Of a stretch of 64,000 nt of DNA, positions 33,132 to 44,139 are shown one piece after another. Each line of letters starts with the position of its first letter. Position 1 is the first letter of the stretch. Source of the DNA: Candidatus Bathyarchaeia archaeon (GTDB lineage Archaea; Thermoproteota; Bathyarchaeia; 40CM-2-53-6); assembly GCA_049513715.1 (NCBI GenBank), contig JBEKVV010000002.1, forward strand, positions 416,001 to 480,000, given 5' to 3'. Made by a program: the position numbers and the translations under genes. The notes below the pieces were generated by a model, which worked only from the letters and a program-made list of their open reading frames with translations, was not told where the DNA came from and did no database searches.

Positions 33132-35738
33132 ACGGCTAAGACACTTGAAAGCTTCTTCACCGAAAATGCGCGGCAGGCCGCGCCTAATCACCCCGCGGGT
33201 AAGAAGCAGGGCTTAGTCTTCGTACCGTCAACCCCAAAGACTATTCCGCCCTCGTATTTGGTTTCAATCGGCTATGATGGAGATATCCGAAAATGCTTCC
33301 TTCGCCTATACGACCCAAAGTCACACAGGATCAATTTCTGGTTCGACGATTCTGGCCACAAGCCGTACTGTTATAGCAAGCAATCTGTGGCAGAACTTCA
33401 AAGGACTGACGCCGTAACGAAGAACCCAGGCTTTGACCACTTTGAAGAGGGGGAACGGTTTGATGCGTTGCGAAGCCAGTCAACCAAGGTGACCAAGATC
33501 GTCGCTAAGGATCCACTTACAATTGGTGGCAAACCCATCGGCTCTATTCGTGAATCGATCAAAGCCTGGGAAGCCGACATCAAATACGTGGAGAACTACA
33601 TCTACGACCGCCGCCTTGAGCCTGGCATGATGTATGAGCTCAAAGACGGGAAATTGTCAGCAGTTGAGTACCGACTCTCAGAGAGAGTGTCCAATGAAAT
33701 CGCAGGGATGTTTAGCGACGATTCAGAGGACTATCGCGAATTGGCTAACGAATGGATGAGGCTGCTCGAGTGTCCCGTCCCGCAATACCGTCGAGTTGCC
33801 ATTGACATTGAAGTTTTCCAAGCAGTGGAAACACGGATACCTGACCCTGAGCTGGCGGAGCTTCCAGTCATATGCGTGAGCCTCGTTGGCTCAGACGGAG
33901 CCAGCAGGGCACTGTTACTGCGAAGGACAGGAATCGAAGAAGGCCAAGGGCAGCTTTCAGCCGGAATGAAGCTAGAATTCTTTGATTCAGAAGAGGATTT
34001 ACTCATCGCACTGTTCCATGCGTTCTTGGAATATCCGATAATTGTTACGTTCAACGGTGACGATTTCGACCTGAAATACCTCTACCACCGCGCCCAACGA
34101 CTAGGATTCAAGAACGAAGAAATTCCAATTGAGATGGGTCGCGACGTCGCTTACCTGAAGTATGGAGTTCACTTGGACCTCTACAAGTTCTTCTTCAACA
34201 GGTCGATTCAGGTTTACGCTTTCGGCCAGAAGTACCGGGAGAACACGCTCGACGCTGTAGGCGAGGCATTGGTCGGTACGCAAAAGTTCGAAAGGCCAAA
34301 GTTCTCCACGGCTCCATACAAAGAACTCGCCGCTTATTGTTACAGGGACTCTGAAATCGTTCTTAGGTTGACTTCTTTCAATGATGACTTGGTCATGAAG
34401 CTGATGACTGCGCTCTCCAGGATCAGCTACATGACATTGGATGATGTCTCAAGGCAAGGTGTTTCCGGGTGGATTCGAAGCATAATGTTTTGCCACCACA
34501 GAAAACGCAACTACCTCATTCCACGGAAGGATGAGATCATTGAGGTGAAAGGGCAAACCGCAACCGAAGCAACGATCAAAGGAAAGAAGTACAAAGGCGC
34601 CATTGTTGTCGAGCCGAAACCGGGGATCCACTTCAACGTTGCCGTACTCGACTTCGCGTCCCTGTACCCATCAATCATCAAGGTGTGGAATCTCGGTTAT
34701 GAAACTGTGCGTTGCCCGCACACAGATGACTCTTGCAGAAAGAACCTCATCCCAGGAACACCGCACTGGGTGTGCAAGAAGAAACGAGGCCTCGAAAGCT
34801 TGCTCATAGGATCACTAAGAGATCTTAGGGTTAAGTGGTACAAGCCGAGGACTAAAGACCGCACTCTTCCTCAGCCCGTGCAGAACTGGTACAAGGTTGT
34901 TTCGGATGCGTTGAAAGTTGTTTTGAACGCTTCCTACGGTGTCTTCGGAGCTGACAACTTCGCACTGTACTGTCCACCTGTTGCCGAGGCCACCGCGGCC
35001 ATTGGGCGGCATATGATTACTCAAGCGTTGGATAAAGCGCGGGAGTTGTCATTGGAGGTTTTCTACGGAGACACCGACTCAATGTTTCTTGGTGGCGAAA
35101 ATAAGGACTCATTGAACAAGCTGATTGATTGGTCACGCGAGGAGCTCAAGATGGAATTGGAGATTGACAAAAACTACCGTTACCTGGCGTTAAGTTCCCG
35201 AAAGAAGAATTACTTCGGCGTTAAGCCTGACGGGAGTGTTGATATCAAAGGCCTTACTGGGAAGAAGAGGCATATTCCAGAATTCCTCCACGGCGCATTT
35301 TACCAAATGGTCTCTGTATTAAGCCAGGCAAATACTCCTGAGGATATTGAGGCCGCGAAAGCGAAGGTTACAGACATTGTGAAACAATCCTACGTCAAGC
35401 TTAGGAACAAGGAGTATTCGCTTGATGAGCTGGCGTTTTCGATGATGATGAGTCGAACGCCAGAAAACTACACGAAAACTACACCACAGCACGTGAAGGC
35501 GGCGCGCCAATTGCAACAAGCGGGAACAGAAATGAAGCCGGGTGACATTGTCTCATTTGTGAAGGTTCGAGGAGAACTCGGAGTCAAACCGGTCCAATTG
35601 GCCAAGCTCGAGGAAGTCGACAGCGAAAAATACATCGAATATATCCGCGGAACATTCGAACAGGTACTGGATGCGTTGGGCGTGGAATTTGAAGACCTCG
35701 CTGGGGTTAAGAAGCTCGAATCTTTCTTCACAGGATGA
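33132..35738 (+). CDS. polB: Family B DNA polymerase (PolB1-type); start uncertain
   Basis: AIDIEV, FNGDDFDL, DFASLYPSII, KVVLNASYG, YGDTDS, C-terminal PIP-like LESFF. Confidence 0.95.
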   Translation, partial: TAKTLESFFTENARQAAPNHPAGKKQGLVFVPSTPKTIPPSYLVSIGYDGDIRKCFLRLYDPKSHRINFWFDDSGHKPYCYSKQSVAELQRTDAVTKNPGFDHFEEGERFDALRSQSTKVTKIVAKDPLTIGGKPIGSIRESIKAWEADIKYVENYIYDRRLEPGMMYELKDGKLSAVEYRLSERVSNEIAGMFSDDSEDYRELANEWMRLLECPVPQYRRVAIDIEVFQAVETRIPDPELAELPVICVSLVGSDGASRALLLRRTGIEEGQGQLSAGMKLEFFDSEEDLLIALFHAFLEYPIIVTFNGDDFDLKYLYHRAQRLGFKNEEIPIEMGRDVAYLKYGVHLDLYKFFFNRSIQVYAFGQKYRENTLDAVGEALVGTQKFERPKFSTAPYKELAAYCYRDSEIVLRLTSFNDDLVMKLMTALSRISYMTLDDVSRQGVSGWIRSIMFCHHRKRNYLIPRKDEIIEVKGQTATEATIKGKKYKGAIVVEPKPGIHFNVAVLDFASLYPSIIKVWNLGYETVRCPHTDDSCRKNLIPGTPHWVCKKKRGLESLLIGSLRDLRVKWYKPRTKDRTLPQPVQNWYKVVSDALKVVLNASYGVFGADNFALYCPPVAEATAAIGRHMITQALDKARELSLEVFYGDTDSMFLGGENKDSLNKLIDWSREELKMELEIDKNYRYLALSSRKKNYFGVKPDGSVDIKGLTGKKRHIPEFLHGAFYQMVSVLSQANTPEDIEAAKAKVTDIVKQSYVKLRNKEYSLDELAFSMMMSRTPENYTKTTPQHVKAARQLQQAGTEMKPGDIVSFVKVRGELGVKPVQLAKLEEVDSEKYIEYIRGTFEQVLDALGVEFEDLAGVKKLESFFTG

Positions 35739-36532
35739 AACCGCATGACGCTCAGTCGAACGCAGGTCTGGAGATTTCATCGTTGATTCAAATCATTGGG
35801 CTTAGTAAGATTCCGATAGTCACGAAAGGGGACAACATTGCTGACTGCATCGTGAAGGCCGCCAAAGCAGAGGGCGTTCAGATCCAGAGTCGTGACGTGG
35901 TAGTGGTCGCGCAGAAGATCGTATCTAAGTCTGAAGGCAGAGTTGTGAGGTTAAAATCATTGAAACCCTCGACGCTGGCGGAAAACATCGCAAAGAGAAC
36001 AGGTAAGGACCCGCATCATGTTGAAGCCATTCTCCGAGAGACTTCCGGCATCGTACGACTCAAAGGGCCGCACATCATTGTTCAAACCCGTCATGGGTTT
36101 GTTTGTGCGAATGCCGGTGTGGACCGATCGAACGTTGGCGATGATGATGGTTTCGCAGTAATGCTGCCCGTGGACCCTGACAGGTCGGCCCGTCGAATCA
36201 GGCAGCGGATAGGGAGATTGTTGGGGGTGGATGTGGCTGTGATTATTTCGGACACGTTCGGCCGGGCATGGAGGATAGGCCAGGTCAATGTCGCCGTTGG
36301 CGTGGACGGGCTGAAGCCCACCCTGGATTACCGTGGCCGAGGGGACATGTTCGGCAAGGAACTTAACGTAACCCAGATGGCTGTGGCAGACGAGTTTGCT
36401 TCCGCTGCCGAGCTGGTAATGAGGAAGAGCGATGGAGTCCCTGTGGCAATCATCAGAGGGGCCAAGTATTCGAGAGGAAAAGGGACTGCAAGGGACCTGG
36501 TGAGGCCTGAGGAAGAGGATCTATTCCGGTAG
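35735..36532 (+). CDS. cofE: Coenzyme F420-0:L-glutamate ligase
   Basis: QKIVSKSEG, ANAGVDRSN, DTFGRAWRIG, ADEFASAAELV. Confidence 0.92.
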   Translation: MKPHDAQSNAGLEISSLIQIIGLSKIPIVTKGDNIADCIVKAAKAEGVQIQSRDVVVVAQKIVSKSEGRVVRLKSLKPSTLAENIAKRTGKDPHHVEAILRETSGIVRLKGPHIIVQTRHGFVCANAGVDRSNVGDDDGFAVMLPVDPDRSARRIRQRIGRLLGVDVAVIISDTFGRAWRIGQVNVAVGVDGLKPTLDYRGRGDMFGKELNVTQMAVADEFASAAELVMRKSDGVPVAIIRGAKYSRGKGTARDLVRPEEEDLFR

Positions 36533-36604
36533 TGAGACCTCAATCCGAGTGTTCGCAAACTTAATTATGGTTAACCTTTGTTTCTAGCGAAAACGGTGTT
36601 CTTC

Positions 36605-37312
36605 ATGGAATCGGTCAAGCCACCCGTGCCCGTGCATGTTGAGGACATGTTGAGCTTTGCTAGGTTGGCATTAGCGCTAACGGAAGGGTCACAGATACTC
36701 TGGTACTTCAAGCACAAGGGAAAGAACATCGTCGGGCTTTTCACAGCTTACATGTACTGGGACGGGGATATTCCAATCTTAGCCTACACTGTCTCCGACG
36801 CCCCGCCGAAGGCGTTCCTAGCCTACCGTAGCGATTCCGTGAAGGGCGAGGAGTGGATGTTCACCAACGAAGCCGGCGACACCCGATTCCGGTATGCATC
36901 CTTCGTTGATCTGAAAACGATTCCAGAGGCCTTCGCTGAAAGCCTGGATGGGAAGTTTCCGGAAGTCGGGCCCCCCATGCTCGCGCAGGTTGAAGACGTC
37001 AAATCCATCGTACGCGTCCTCCTGCCCCTCTCGATAAGGGAGGGAACACTGTTTCCATTGTGGCATTTCACGAGGGGAAAGAAACACATCCTCGGCACAT
37101 GCATTCCATTTGAACATTACTACGACGCCGATGCTCTGCCAGTCTTCTTCTACGTCTCGCAGGACGAACCACCGCCGTCGCAGGGTTTCGTGAAATACAT
37201 CGCGGTAAAACCAGACGGTGAGAAGGTCGATTACGTGAACAACACAAGCGATGCCAAATACTTCTACGCCAAGGTCGTGCCCATCAAGGACATGCCGATC
37301 TTCCCCAAGTAA
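36605..37312 (+). CDS. Hypothetical protein with internal domain duplication
   Basis: Two similar halves (VEDMLSFARL/VEDVKSIVRV; LWYF/LWHF; PILAY/PVFFY). Confidence 0.75.
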   Translation: MESVKPPVPVHVEDMLSFARLALALTEGSQILWYFKHKGKNIVGLFTAYMYWDGDIPILAYTVSDAPPKAFLAYRSDSVKGEEWMFTNEAGDTRFRYASFVDLKTIPEAFAESLDGKFPEVGPPMLAQVEDVKSIVRVLLPLSIREGTLFPLWHFTRGKKHILGTCIPFEHYYDADALPVFFYVSQDEPPPSQGFVKYIAVKPDGEKVDYVNNTSDAKYFYAKVVPIKDMPIFPK

Positions 37313-37393
37313 CCCGACCACACTCGCTTCTCTCAACCTCACGATTCGAGCATTTTATTAGACAAAGTGAGCAGTCCGCATAGAGGTCGCCAA

Positions 37394-38149
37394 GTGTCCT
37401 TTGAAGCGAGCGTTCGGAAAGCCTCGGAACAAAACAACAGCAGAATAGTTCTTGCATTAGATCTTGAAAGCCCTGCCGTGAGCCAGCTGGCGTCTAAGAG
37501 TGAAGAGGTTCTTCGCAAGGCGAGCCACTATATCTGCGCAGTGAAAATTAACAGACAACTGGTGTTGGCTTTGGGCCTTCGGAACGGCGTGGACAGGCTT
37601 GTGAAGGTCGCCCATGACCTTTCGCTGCCCGCCATAATGGATGCAAAATTGAATGATGTTGGTCATACGAACGAATTTATGATGCGGTCCTTCTTGGAAG
37701 CGGGATTTGATGCAGTCATCGCCAGCCCTGTCGCGGGATGGGAGAATGGTCTCGACTCAGTTTTCAAGCTGGCCAACGCTACTGGAAAGGCGGTAATCTT
37801 GCTCATATACATGAGCAACCCGGGCGCTGAAGAATTCTACTCACTTATGGTTCGTCAGAGTGACGGGGGGACGAGACCCATGTTTGAGCTCCTAGTCGAG
37901 AAGGCAATTGAATGGAAGGCCCATGGGGCCATTGTGGGTGCCACCAAGCCGCAGGTCATAACACGGGTCCGTGAACTGGTGGGGCCGAGCTTGCGGATTT
38001 ACTGTCCAGGTGTGGGAGTTCAAGGTGGGGATGCAAGAAAGGCGCTCGATGCTGGTGCGGATTATTTGATTGTGGGTAGGTCTATCTACGACTCCACCGA
38101 CCCCGCCAAAGCAGCAAGAGGATATCGGGACGCATCCAGGGTCGTTTGA
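37394..38149 (+). CDS. pyrF: Orotidine-5'-phosphate decarboxylase
   Basis: LALD, DAKLNDVGHT, PGVGVQGG, IVGRSI. Confidence 0.93.
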   Translation: MSFEASVRKASEQNNSRIVLALDLESPAVSQLASKSEEVLRKASHYICAVKINRQLVLALGLRNGVDRLVKVAHDLSLPAIMDAKLNDVGHTNEFMMRSFLEAGFDAVIASPVAGWENGLDSVFKLANATGKAVILLIYMSNPGAEEFYSLMVRQSDGGTRPMFELLVEKAIEWKAHGAIVGATKPQVITRVRELVGPSLRIYCPGVGVQGGDARKALDAGADYLIVGRSIYDSTDPAKAARGYRDASRVV

Positions 38150-38305
38150 GTTGCCATACTCAAAGGATGTCTATGTGGTCTTTACCCTCAGAGACGGACC
38201 GCTTCGAGCCATCAGCATGCTTGACATGCATTTTGTTAGGTCATGTCCAATCGAAGACCAAGATTTTTATTCACCCAAGATTGTAGGCGTGAGGCGTGAT
38301 TTCTG

Positions 38306-38644
38306 ATGGGTGGGGCAAAAAAGAAGAGCTTAGCTCAGATGGAGAAGCAGCAGGATCAGCAAGATACCGGCAAGAAACCCGAGCCGGGCAAGAAAGAGAA
38401 GGGGAAAGGCAAGACTGTAGCCGAAAAGAGGGCTCCTGGGATTAGCCTTCCAAATTTCGACGATCCCAAGTTTGTCGGTGACCTCTCAAAGCTTGGAGCA
38501 TTAACACCGTACTCCATCGCATCACAGTTCAACGTTCGCCTGAGTGTGGCGAGAGACATACTCGAAGAGCTTGAGCGGCGCCGAATCGTCAAGTCCGCCG
38601 GCGGCAACACCCGAATCAAAATCTACCGGCTAGCCGCTGCCTAG
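38306..38644 (+). CDS. rps25e: 30S ribosomal protein S25e
   Basis: MGGAKKKSLAQMEKQQ; TPYSIASQFNVRLSVAR. Confidence 0.9.
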   Translation: MGGAKKKSLAQMEKQQDQQDTGKKPEPGKKEKGKGKTVAEKRAPGISLPNFDDPKFVGDLSKLGALTPYSIASQFNVRLSVARDILEELERRRIVKSAGGNTRIKIYRLAAA

Positions 38645-39051
38645 ACTTTTTCGACCCTAATTTTCGTCCCGCTTTTCAACGTCCGGAACATTTCGAGGTT
38701 CGATGTTATCTTTCCAACCACATTCACCGGGCTGTACGGCTCAGTGGGCCCATAGAAGATGCACAGCGCGGAGCCCATCGGCCAATAAGCCATCGTGCCT
38801 ACCTCAACCTTGCTTTTCGCTTTCTCAGTACCTTGTTTGACAGGTGTTTCAAAGTAGACTTCTTCCTTCCATCTTGCGGCTCGGCCTTCGAAGGGTAACG
38901 CTTTCGCTAGATTGTCAACTGTCATGGGGCTAGTGAAGCGAATCAATTCGCCCTCAGCTTCACCGTGGCCTTCCGCGATTAGCCGCACCTTGTGGCGTGT
39001 AACGTCTATTTCTGGAGGTTTTGTTTCATTAAGCGGAGTTGTAGCGCTCAT
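38641..39051 (-). CDS. Cyclophilin-like fold protein (DUF369-like)
   Basis: LPFEGRAARWKEEVYF, AYWPMGSALCIFYG, SPVNVVG. Confidence 0.8.
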   Translation of the reverse strand: MSATTPLNETKPPEIDVTRHKVRLIAEGHGEAEGELIRFTSPMTVDNLAKALPFEGRAARWKEEVYFETPVKQGTEKAKSKVEVGTMAYWPMGSALCIFYGPTEPYSPVNVVGKITSNLEMFRTLKSGTKIRVEKV

Positions 39052-39207
39052 GTGAATTCCCCGTTGAGAACTGTCTGAATGTGGAGCTGGGCGTTAAAAA
39101 GTTGGATGTGTTGGTCTTCACTCTCGTAAGGGTTGTTCGTTTCTATGATTTTCTGGCAAAAAGGATAACTACTGCGCATTTGGTTGGGCGACCGAGGGAA
39201 CCCACCA

Positions 39208-40545
39208 ATGATGACAGGCAAGATGCGTACCGTGATCATGGGCGCTGCTGGTCGAGACTTTCATAATTTCAATGTCTACTTCCGGAACAAACCGGAATAC
39301 GAGGTGGTGGCCTTTACTGCAACACAGATACCTGGGATTGAAGGAAGAACATACCCGCCGACGTTATCGGGCCCGCTGTACCCAAACGGCATCCCAATTC
39401 TTCCTGAAGATGACCTTCCAAGAATCATTAAGGAAAAGGACATCGATTTGGTCGTTTTAGCTTACAGCGACCTATCAAATGATAATGTCATGCATAAGGC
39501 CTCGTTAGTTCTCGCTTGTGGCGCGGATTTCCGTCTGATGGGCCCCAAGACCACGATGGTCAAGTCGAAACTTCCAGTAGTGTCCGTGTGCGCGGTTAGA
39601 ACTGGTGCAGGCAAAAGCACTGTTTCACGCGCTGTCTCACGCACCCTCAAAGACATGCTTGGCAGAGTTGTTGTCATTCGGCATCCGATGCCCTATGGGG
39701 TTCTCTCGGATGAAGTGTGTGAACGCTTCGCCACTTATGATGATTTGAAGAAGTATGAATGCACGATTGAGGAGCGTGAAGAATACGAGCCTCACATTGA
39801 CATAGGCAATATCGTCTACGCAGGGGTGGATTATGAGAAGATTCTGCAAGAAGCGGAGAAAGAGGCAGACGTGATTCTGTGGGACGGCGGAAACAACGAC
39901 CTACCGTTCTACAAACCTGACTTGCAGATCGTAGTCGTTGACCCGTTTCGTCCAGGGGACGAGCTTGGATACTACCCAGGCGAAGCGAACGTGAGAATGG
40001 CGGATGTTGTTGTGATTAACAAGGTTGACACGGCGCCCCGCGAAGGAATCCAAACTGTCCGAAAGAACGTGAAAATGTTGAGGCCCGACGCGAAGATTGT
40101 CGAGGCGGCATCAGAGATTCGCGTAGAGGATTCGAAACAGATTAGGGGAAAGAGGGTTGTTGCGATTGAAGACGGCCCAACCGTCACTCACGGAGGAATG
40201 AAGGAAGGTGTTGGCGCAATTGCCGCACGAAAGTTCGGGGCGAAAGAGCTGATCAACCCTCGGAAGTACGCGGTCGGCTCGATCAAACGCACGTACGAAA
40301 AATACCCTCACCTCGGAAAAGTCCTGCCGGCAATGGGCTACGGTGCAAAGCAAATTAAGGAGCTGGAGCAGACGATCGACGCGGTCAAGTGCGACTTGCT
40401 CGTGATGGGCACTCCAATCGATTTGAGGAGAGTAATGACCCTCTCGAAGCCCGCTGTGCGCGTTCAGTACGACATCAAAGAAACTACGAAACCTACGCTA
40501 GACCAGATTCTCCGCTCAACTCCGATTCTGGCCAGGTCACGTTAG
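39208..40545 (+). CDS. P-loop GTPase, cyclic 2,3-diphosphoglycerate synthetase-like (COG2403)
   Basis: GAAGRDFHNFN, AVRTGAGKS, WDGGNND, INKVD, EDGPTVTHGGM. Confidence 0.85.
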   Translation: MMTGKMRTVIMGAAGRDFHNFNVYFRNKPEYEVVAFTATQIPGIEGRTYPPTLSGPLYPNGIPILPEDDLPRIIKEKDIDLVVLAYSDLSNDNVMHKASLVLACGADFRLMGPKTTMVKSKLPVVSVCAVRTGAGKSTVSRAVSRTLKDMLGRVVVIRHPMPYGVLSDEVCERFATYDDLKKYECTIEEREEYEPHIDIGNIVYAGVDYEKILQEAEKEADVILWDGGNNDLPFYKPDLQIVVVDPFRPGDELGYYPGEANVRMADVVVINKVDTAPREGIQTVRKNVKMLRPDAKIVEAASEIRVEDSKQIRGKRVVAIEDGPTVTHGGMKEGVGAIAARKFGAKELINPRKYAVGSIKRTYEKYPHLGKVLPAMGYGAKQIKELEQTIDAVKCDLLVMGTPIDLRRVMTLSKPAVRVQYDIKETTKPTLDQILRSTPILARSR

Positions 40546-41655
40546 AACGCGTTTCAAAGTATCGAAGATGTAGTCCAGCTCAGGCTCGGCGAGCTTAGAG
40601 TGAATTGGCACCGAGAAGACCTGCCTGCAGGCTTTCTCTGTTTCAGGTAGGGGGCGATGTGCCGTGGCTCGCTCACGGTAGAGAGGCAGCAGATGCAAAG
40701 GCGATTCGTAGTAGACCCCGGCCTCAATATTTTTCGACCGAAGTTTCTCAATGACTTTGTTCCGCTTGCCCGCATTAGCTCCGCGCAATCGAAGGGTGTA
40801 CAAGTACCATGCATGCTTTCGCCCCTCCGGCTCTTTGGGCGGGATCACTTTACCGAGAACTCCTAGTTTTTGGCTGAGGAATTGCGCGTTCTTTCTTCTC
40901 CGGTCTAGGAATGATGGAAGTTTCCTGAGTTGCGCGAGCCCGATGGCAGCAAGGAGTTCACTCATGCGGTAATTATGGCCCATCATCGTCGGCCAGTACG
41001 GCCGTTGCTCACCATGTGTTCGAATTGAGCGAAGCTTCTCGGAGTTGTCGTCATCGTTTGTTGTGACCATTCCTCCCTCACCCGTTGTCATGTTCTTTCC
41101 CGCGTAGAAGCTGAAACAGGTCATGTCGCCAATTGAACCAATCTTCTGGCCGCGGTACTCGGCGCCGTGGGCTTGCGCCGCATCCTCAATCAACGTGACC
41201 CCCCGTTCCCTTGCAAGCTTCTTGATGGGGTCAAGATCTGCTGGTAACCCGTACAAATGAACGGGCATGACGGCCTTGGTGTTCCGTGTCATTGCGCTTT
41301 CAATGGTTTCGGCTGTGATCGTGTAAGTGTCGGGGTCGATGTCAGTGAATACTGGTTCTGCTCCCGCCAGCAGGACCATCTCAGCTGTTGAATGGAAAGT
41401 GAAAGAGGGAACTATGACTTCGTCGCCGGGCTTGACCCCGGCTACTAGGAGGCTTGCGTGGAGAGCGGCTGTTCCACTGGTCATCGCAATCGCATGTCTG
41501 GCGCCGACATATTTGGCGTACTCCTTCTCGAACTCTAATACGCGCGGGCCCATGCCGCTTTTTTCGGTCAGGATGCCGCTTTTCAAAACTTCAGTGGCTG
41601 CGTCGATCTCTTCCTTCCCAATGTTGGGTTGATTGATTCGAATTAAGTCGCGCAT
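40537..41655 (-). CDS. DegT/DnrJ/EryC1/StrS PLP aminotransferase
   Basis: SGTAALH, PVHLYG, IEDAAQAHGA, FSFYAGKNMTTGEGG. Confidence 0.92.
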   Translation of the reverse strand: MRDLIRINQPNIGKEEIDAATEVLKSGILTEKSGMGPRVLEFEKEYAKYVGARHAIAMTSGTAALHASLLVAGVKPGDEVIVPSFTFHSTAEMVLLAGAEPVFTDIDPDTYTITAETIESAMTRNTKAVMPVHLYGLPADLDPIKKLARERGVTLIEDAAQAHGAEYRGQKIGSIGDMTCFSFYAGKNMTTGEGGMVTTNDDDNSEKLRSIRTHGEQRPYWPTMMGHNYRMSELLAAIGLAQLRKLPSFLDRRRKNAQFLSQKLGVLGKVIPPKEPEGRKHAWYLYTLRLRGANAGKRNKVIEKLRSKNIEAGVYYESPLHLLPLYRERATAHRPLPETEKACRQVFSVPIHSKLAEPELDYIFDTLKRVLT

Positions 41656-41986
41656 AATGATTGACTCGCGTCAGATTTGGTTGACTACGTGGATGTGGCT
41701 CTAAAAGGGTTTCTGGGAAGAGTCCATCTAGCGACGCGTTTCCCATAGATCAAAAGAGGAATGACTTGCTGATGCCACAAAGATGGTTGGAGGAAATCGT
41801 TTGGGGACGAGGCATGGAGCTATTTCATGCGGTCGCTGCTTTCGAGGCTCTACGTGACTGGTAGCCGCACTGTTGATGAGGGATTGCTCAGCGGCTCTTT
41901 TCGGGGCAAATTTGTTACTTATAGTAAAACTTATATGAAATTGGTTTTGTTGAGTGAAACGTTAACGATAGCGGAGGCTTTGACGA

Positions 41987-43639
41987 GTGTCGACGAATTT
42001 TGCGGGTCAACCGACCCTAGTTCTCAAAGAAGGCACATCCCGGTCTCAAGGGCAAGAGGCTCGACATTCCAACATTTCAGCGGCCATGGTAATCGCGGAA
42101 TCCATTAGATCGTCTTTGGGTCCGAAAGGGATGGATAAGATGCTGGTTGATGGATTTGGAGATGTGACGATTAGCAACGACGGCGCAACGATACTTGATG
42201 AAATGGATGTTCAGAACCCTGCTGCGAAAATGTTGGTTGAAGTTGCGAAGACCCAGGACGATGAAGTTGGAGACGGGACTACTACTGCCGTTGTCCTCGC
42301 TGGGGAATTGTTAAGCAAGGCTCAAGTATTGATGGATAAGGACGTTCATCCAACCGTGATTATTGACGGCTACCAAATCGCTGCAGGGAAAGCGCTGGAT
42401 TTTCTGGAGAAACTCGCAATCAAAGTGAACCCGACGGACAAAGTGATGCTCAAGAAAGTTGCTAAGGTTGCGCTTGCTAGCAAACTTCTCGCCGAGCACA
42501 AGGAATACGTGGCAGACATGGCGGTTCGGGCAGTTCTCCAAGTTGCTGAGAAGACTGCAACTGGTTACCGGGCAGACGTTGATGACATTAAGGTTGAGAA
42601 GAAGCCGGGAGGGTCGCTTACTGACACGGTTCTGCTTCAAGGTGTCCTATTGGATAAGGAGGTTGTTCATCCTGGGATGCCGAGGCGCGTTGAAAAAGCC
42701 AAGATCGCACTATTGAATTGCCCCTTGGAGATCGAGAAGACTGAATTTGACGCGAAGCTCAACATTGAGAGCCCTGACCAGATGAAAGGCTTCCTTGATG
42801 AGGAGGAAAAGGTGCTGCGGGAGATGGTGGAAAAGATTGCCGCTGCAGGTGCGAACGTAGTGATATGCGAGAAGGGAATCGATGATGTCGCGCAACACTT
42901 CATGGCAAAAAAGAATATGCTTGCCGTCCGGCGCGTCAAGCAATCGGACATGGAAAAGCTTGCGAAGGCCACCGGCGGAAGAATTTTCAGCCAGCTTGAG
43001 GATTTGAAGCCGTCCGACATTGGGCACGCTGACCTTGTGGAGGAACGGAAAGTCTCGGACGATAAGATGACTTTCATTGAGGGATGTAAGAACCCGAAGG
43101 CGGTCAGCATTCTCGTTCGTGGGGGTACCGAGCGGGTTGTCGACGAGGCGGAACGCGCGATCCACGACGCATTGAGTGTTGTCAAAGATGTCGTGGTTGA
43201 ACCACGCGTCGTTGCGGGAGGAGGAGCTGTGGAGTCGGAACTAGCCAGCCAAATAAGGGTGTACGCGCAGAAATTGTCGGGTAAAGAGCAGCTTGCTGTT
43301 CAGGCCTACGCGGAAGCACTTGAAATCGTTCCATTGACCTTGGCTGAGAACGCTGGCATGGACCCGATTGACGCTCTGATGGAGATAAGGTCGAAGCACC
43401 AGGCCAAACAACGCTGGGTCGGCGTAGACCCGTTCAAGGGGAAGGTTGCTGACCTCTCAAAACTAGAAGTTTATGAGCCCCTCGCAGTCAAGGTGCAAGC
43501 TCTCAAATCCGCCGGAGAAGCCGCCGGCATGATCCTGAAGATCGATGACGTCATTGCGGCTACGAAATCGAAAGAAAGTGGCGGACCACCAAAGGGGCCA
43601 GATGAAAGTGCCAAAGAAGAAGGAGAAGGCGAGTTCTAA
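41987..43639 (+). CDS. Thermosome (group II chaperonin) subunit
   Basis: [30 protein letters not shown]. Confidence 0.96.
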   Translation: MSTNFAGQPTLVLKEGTSRSQGQEARHSNISAAMVIAESIRSSLGPKGMDKMLVDGFGDVTISNDGATILDEMDVQNPAAKMLVEVAKTQDDEVGDGTTTAVVLAGELLSKAQVLMDKDVHPTVIIDGYQIAAGKALDFLEKLAIKVNPTDKVMLKKVAKVALASKLLAEHKEYVADMAVRAVLQVAEKTATGYRADVDDIKVEKKPGGSLTDTVLLQGVLLDKEVVHPGMPRRVEKAKIALLNCPLEIEKTEFDAKLNIESPDQMKGFLDEEEKVLREMVEKIAAAGANVVICEKGIDDVAQHFMAKKNMLAVRRVKQSDMEKLAKATGGRIFSQLEDLKPSDIGHADLVEERKVSDDKMTFIEGCKNPKAVSILVRGGTERVVDEAERAIHDALSVVKDVVVEPRVVAGGGAVESELASQIRVYAQKLSGKEQLAVQAYAEALEIVPLTLAENAGMDPIDALMEIRSKHQAKQRWVGVDPFKGKVADLSKLEVYEPLAVKVQALKSAGEAAGMILKIDDVIAATKSKESGGPPKGPDESAKEEGEGEF

Positions 43640-43910
43640 GAAAATACAGGCCGCAATGATCGGTCCGAAGAAACTTACGCGCTTCGAGCGCGCGCGGATC
43701 GTAGGTGCAAGAGCTCTGCAGATCTCCATGGGCGCACCCGTCCTGTTGGACGTGCCTGAGACGCTCAGGTCCCCAATTGAATTGGCCGAGTTGGAGTTGC
43801 AGGAAGGAGCGTTGCCGATCAGCATCCGAAGATCACTGCCCGATGGAACAAGCCTGAACATCCCACTCAAGATCCTTCTTGAAGGCGAGCGGGAAGAAAT
43901 GGCGGCTTAG
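43602..43910 (+). CDS. rpo6: RNA polymerase subunit Rpo6 (K); start 43602, 43608 or 43656
   Basis: [22 protein letters not shown]...[12 protein letters not shown]. Confidence 0.93.
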   Translation: MKVPKKKEKASSKKIQAAMIGPKKLTRFERARIVGARALQISMGAPVLLDVPETLRSPIELAELELQEGALPISIRRSLPDGTSLNIPLKILLEGEREEMAA

Positions 43911-43918
43911 TCCGAAGA

Positions 43919-44128
43919 TTGACAAACTCGAATATTCCATCCGAACAGAGAACTTGGGTCTACTCGTTCCTGATTCTTGTCTTGGTAACTGTGTGGATGC
44001 TCGCCTTGGACCTTAAGGGAAGCGAGTTTCTGGCGTTTGACTTCCAAGTCGCATTAGTCTACTTGCCAACCGTGATAGCAGGGATAATAGTGGCCTACTT
44101 AACTCTCAGAACAAAATTCCCAAAGTGA
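43919..44128 (+). CDS. Small 2-TM membrane protein
   Basis: Two hydrophobic helices directly after rpo6. Confidence 0.55.
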   Translation: MTNSNIPSEQRTWVYSFLILVLVTVWMLALDLKGSEFLAFDFQVALVYLPTVIAGIIVAYLTLRTKFPK

Positions 44129-44139
44129 ACTTTTTCGGG

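Noticed and set aside
24443..35738. Inteins in topA or polB
   Set aside because: Lengths are normal and conserved motifs are uninterrupted
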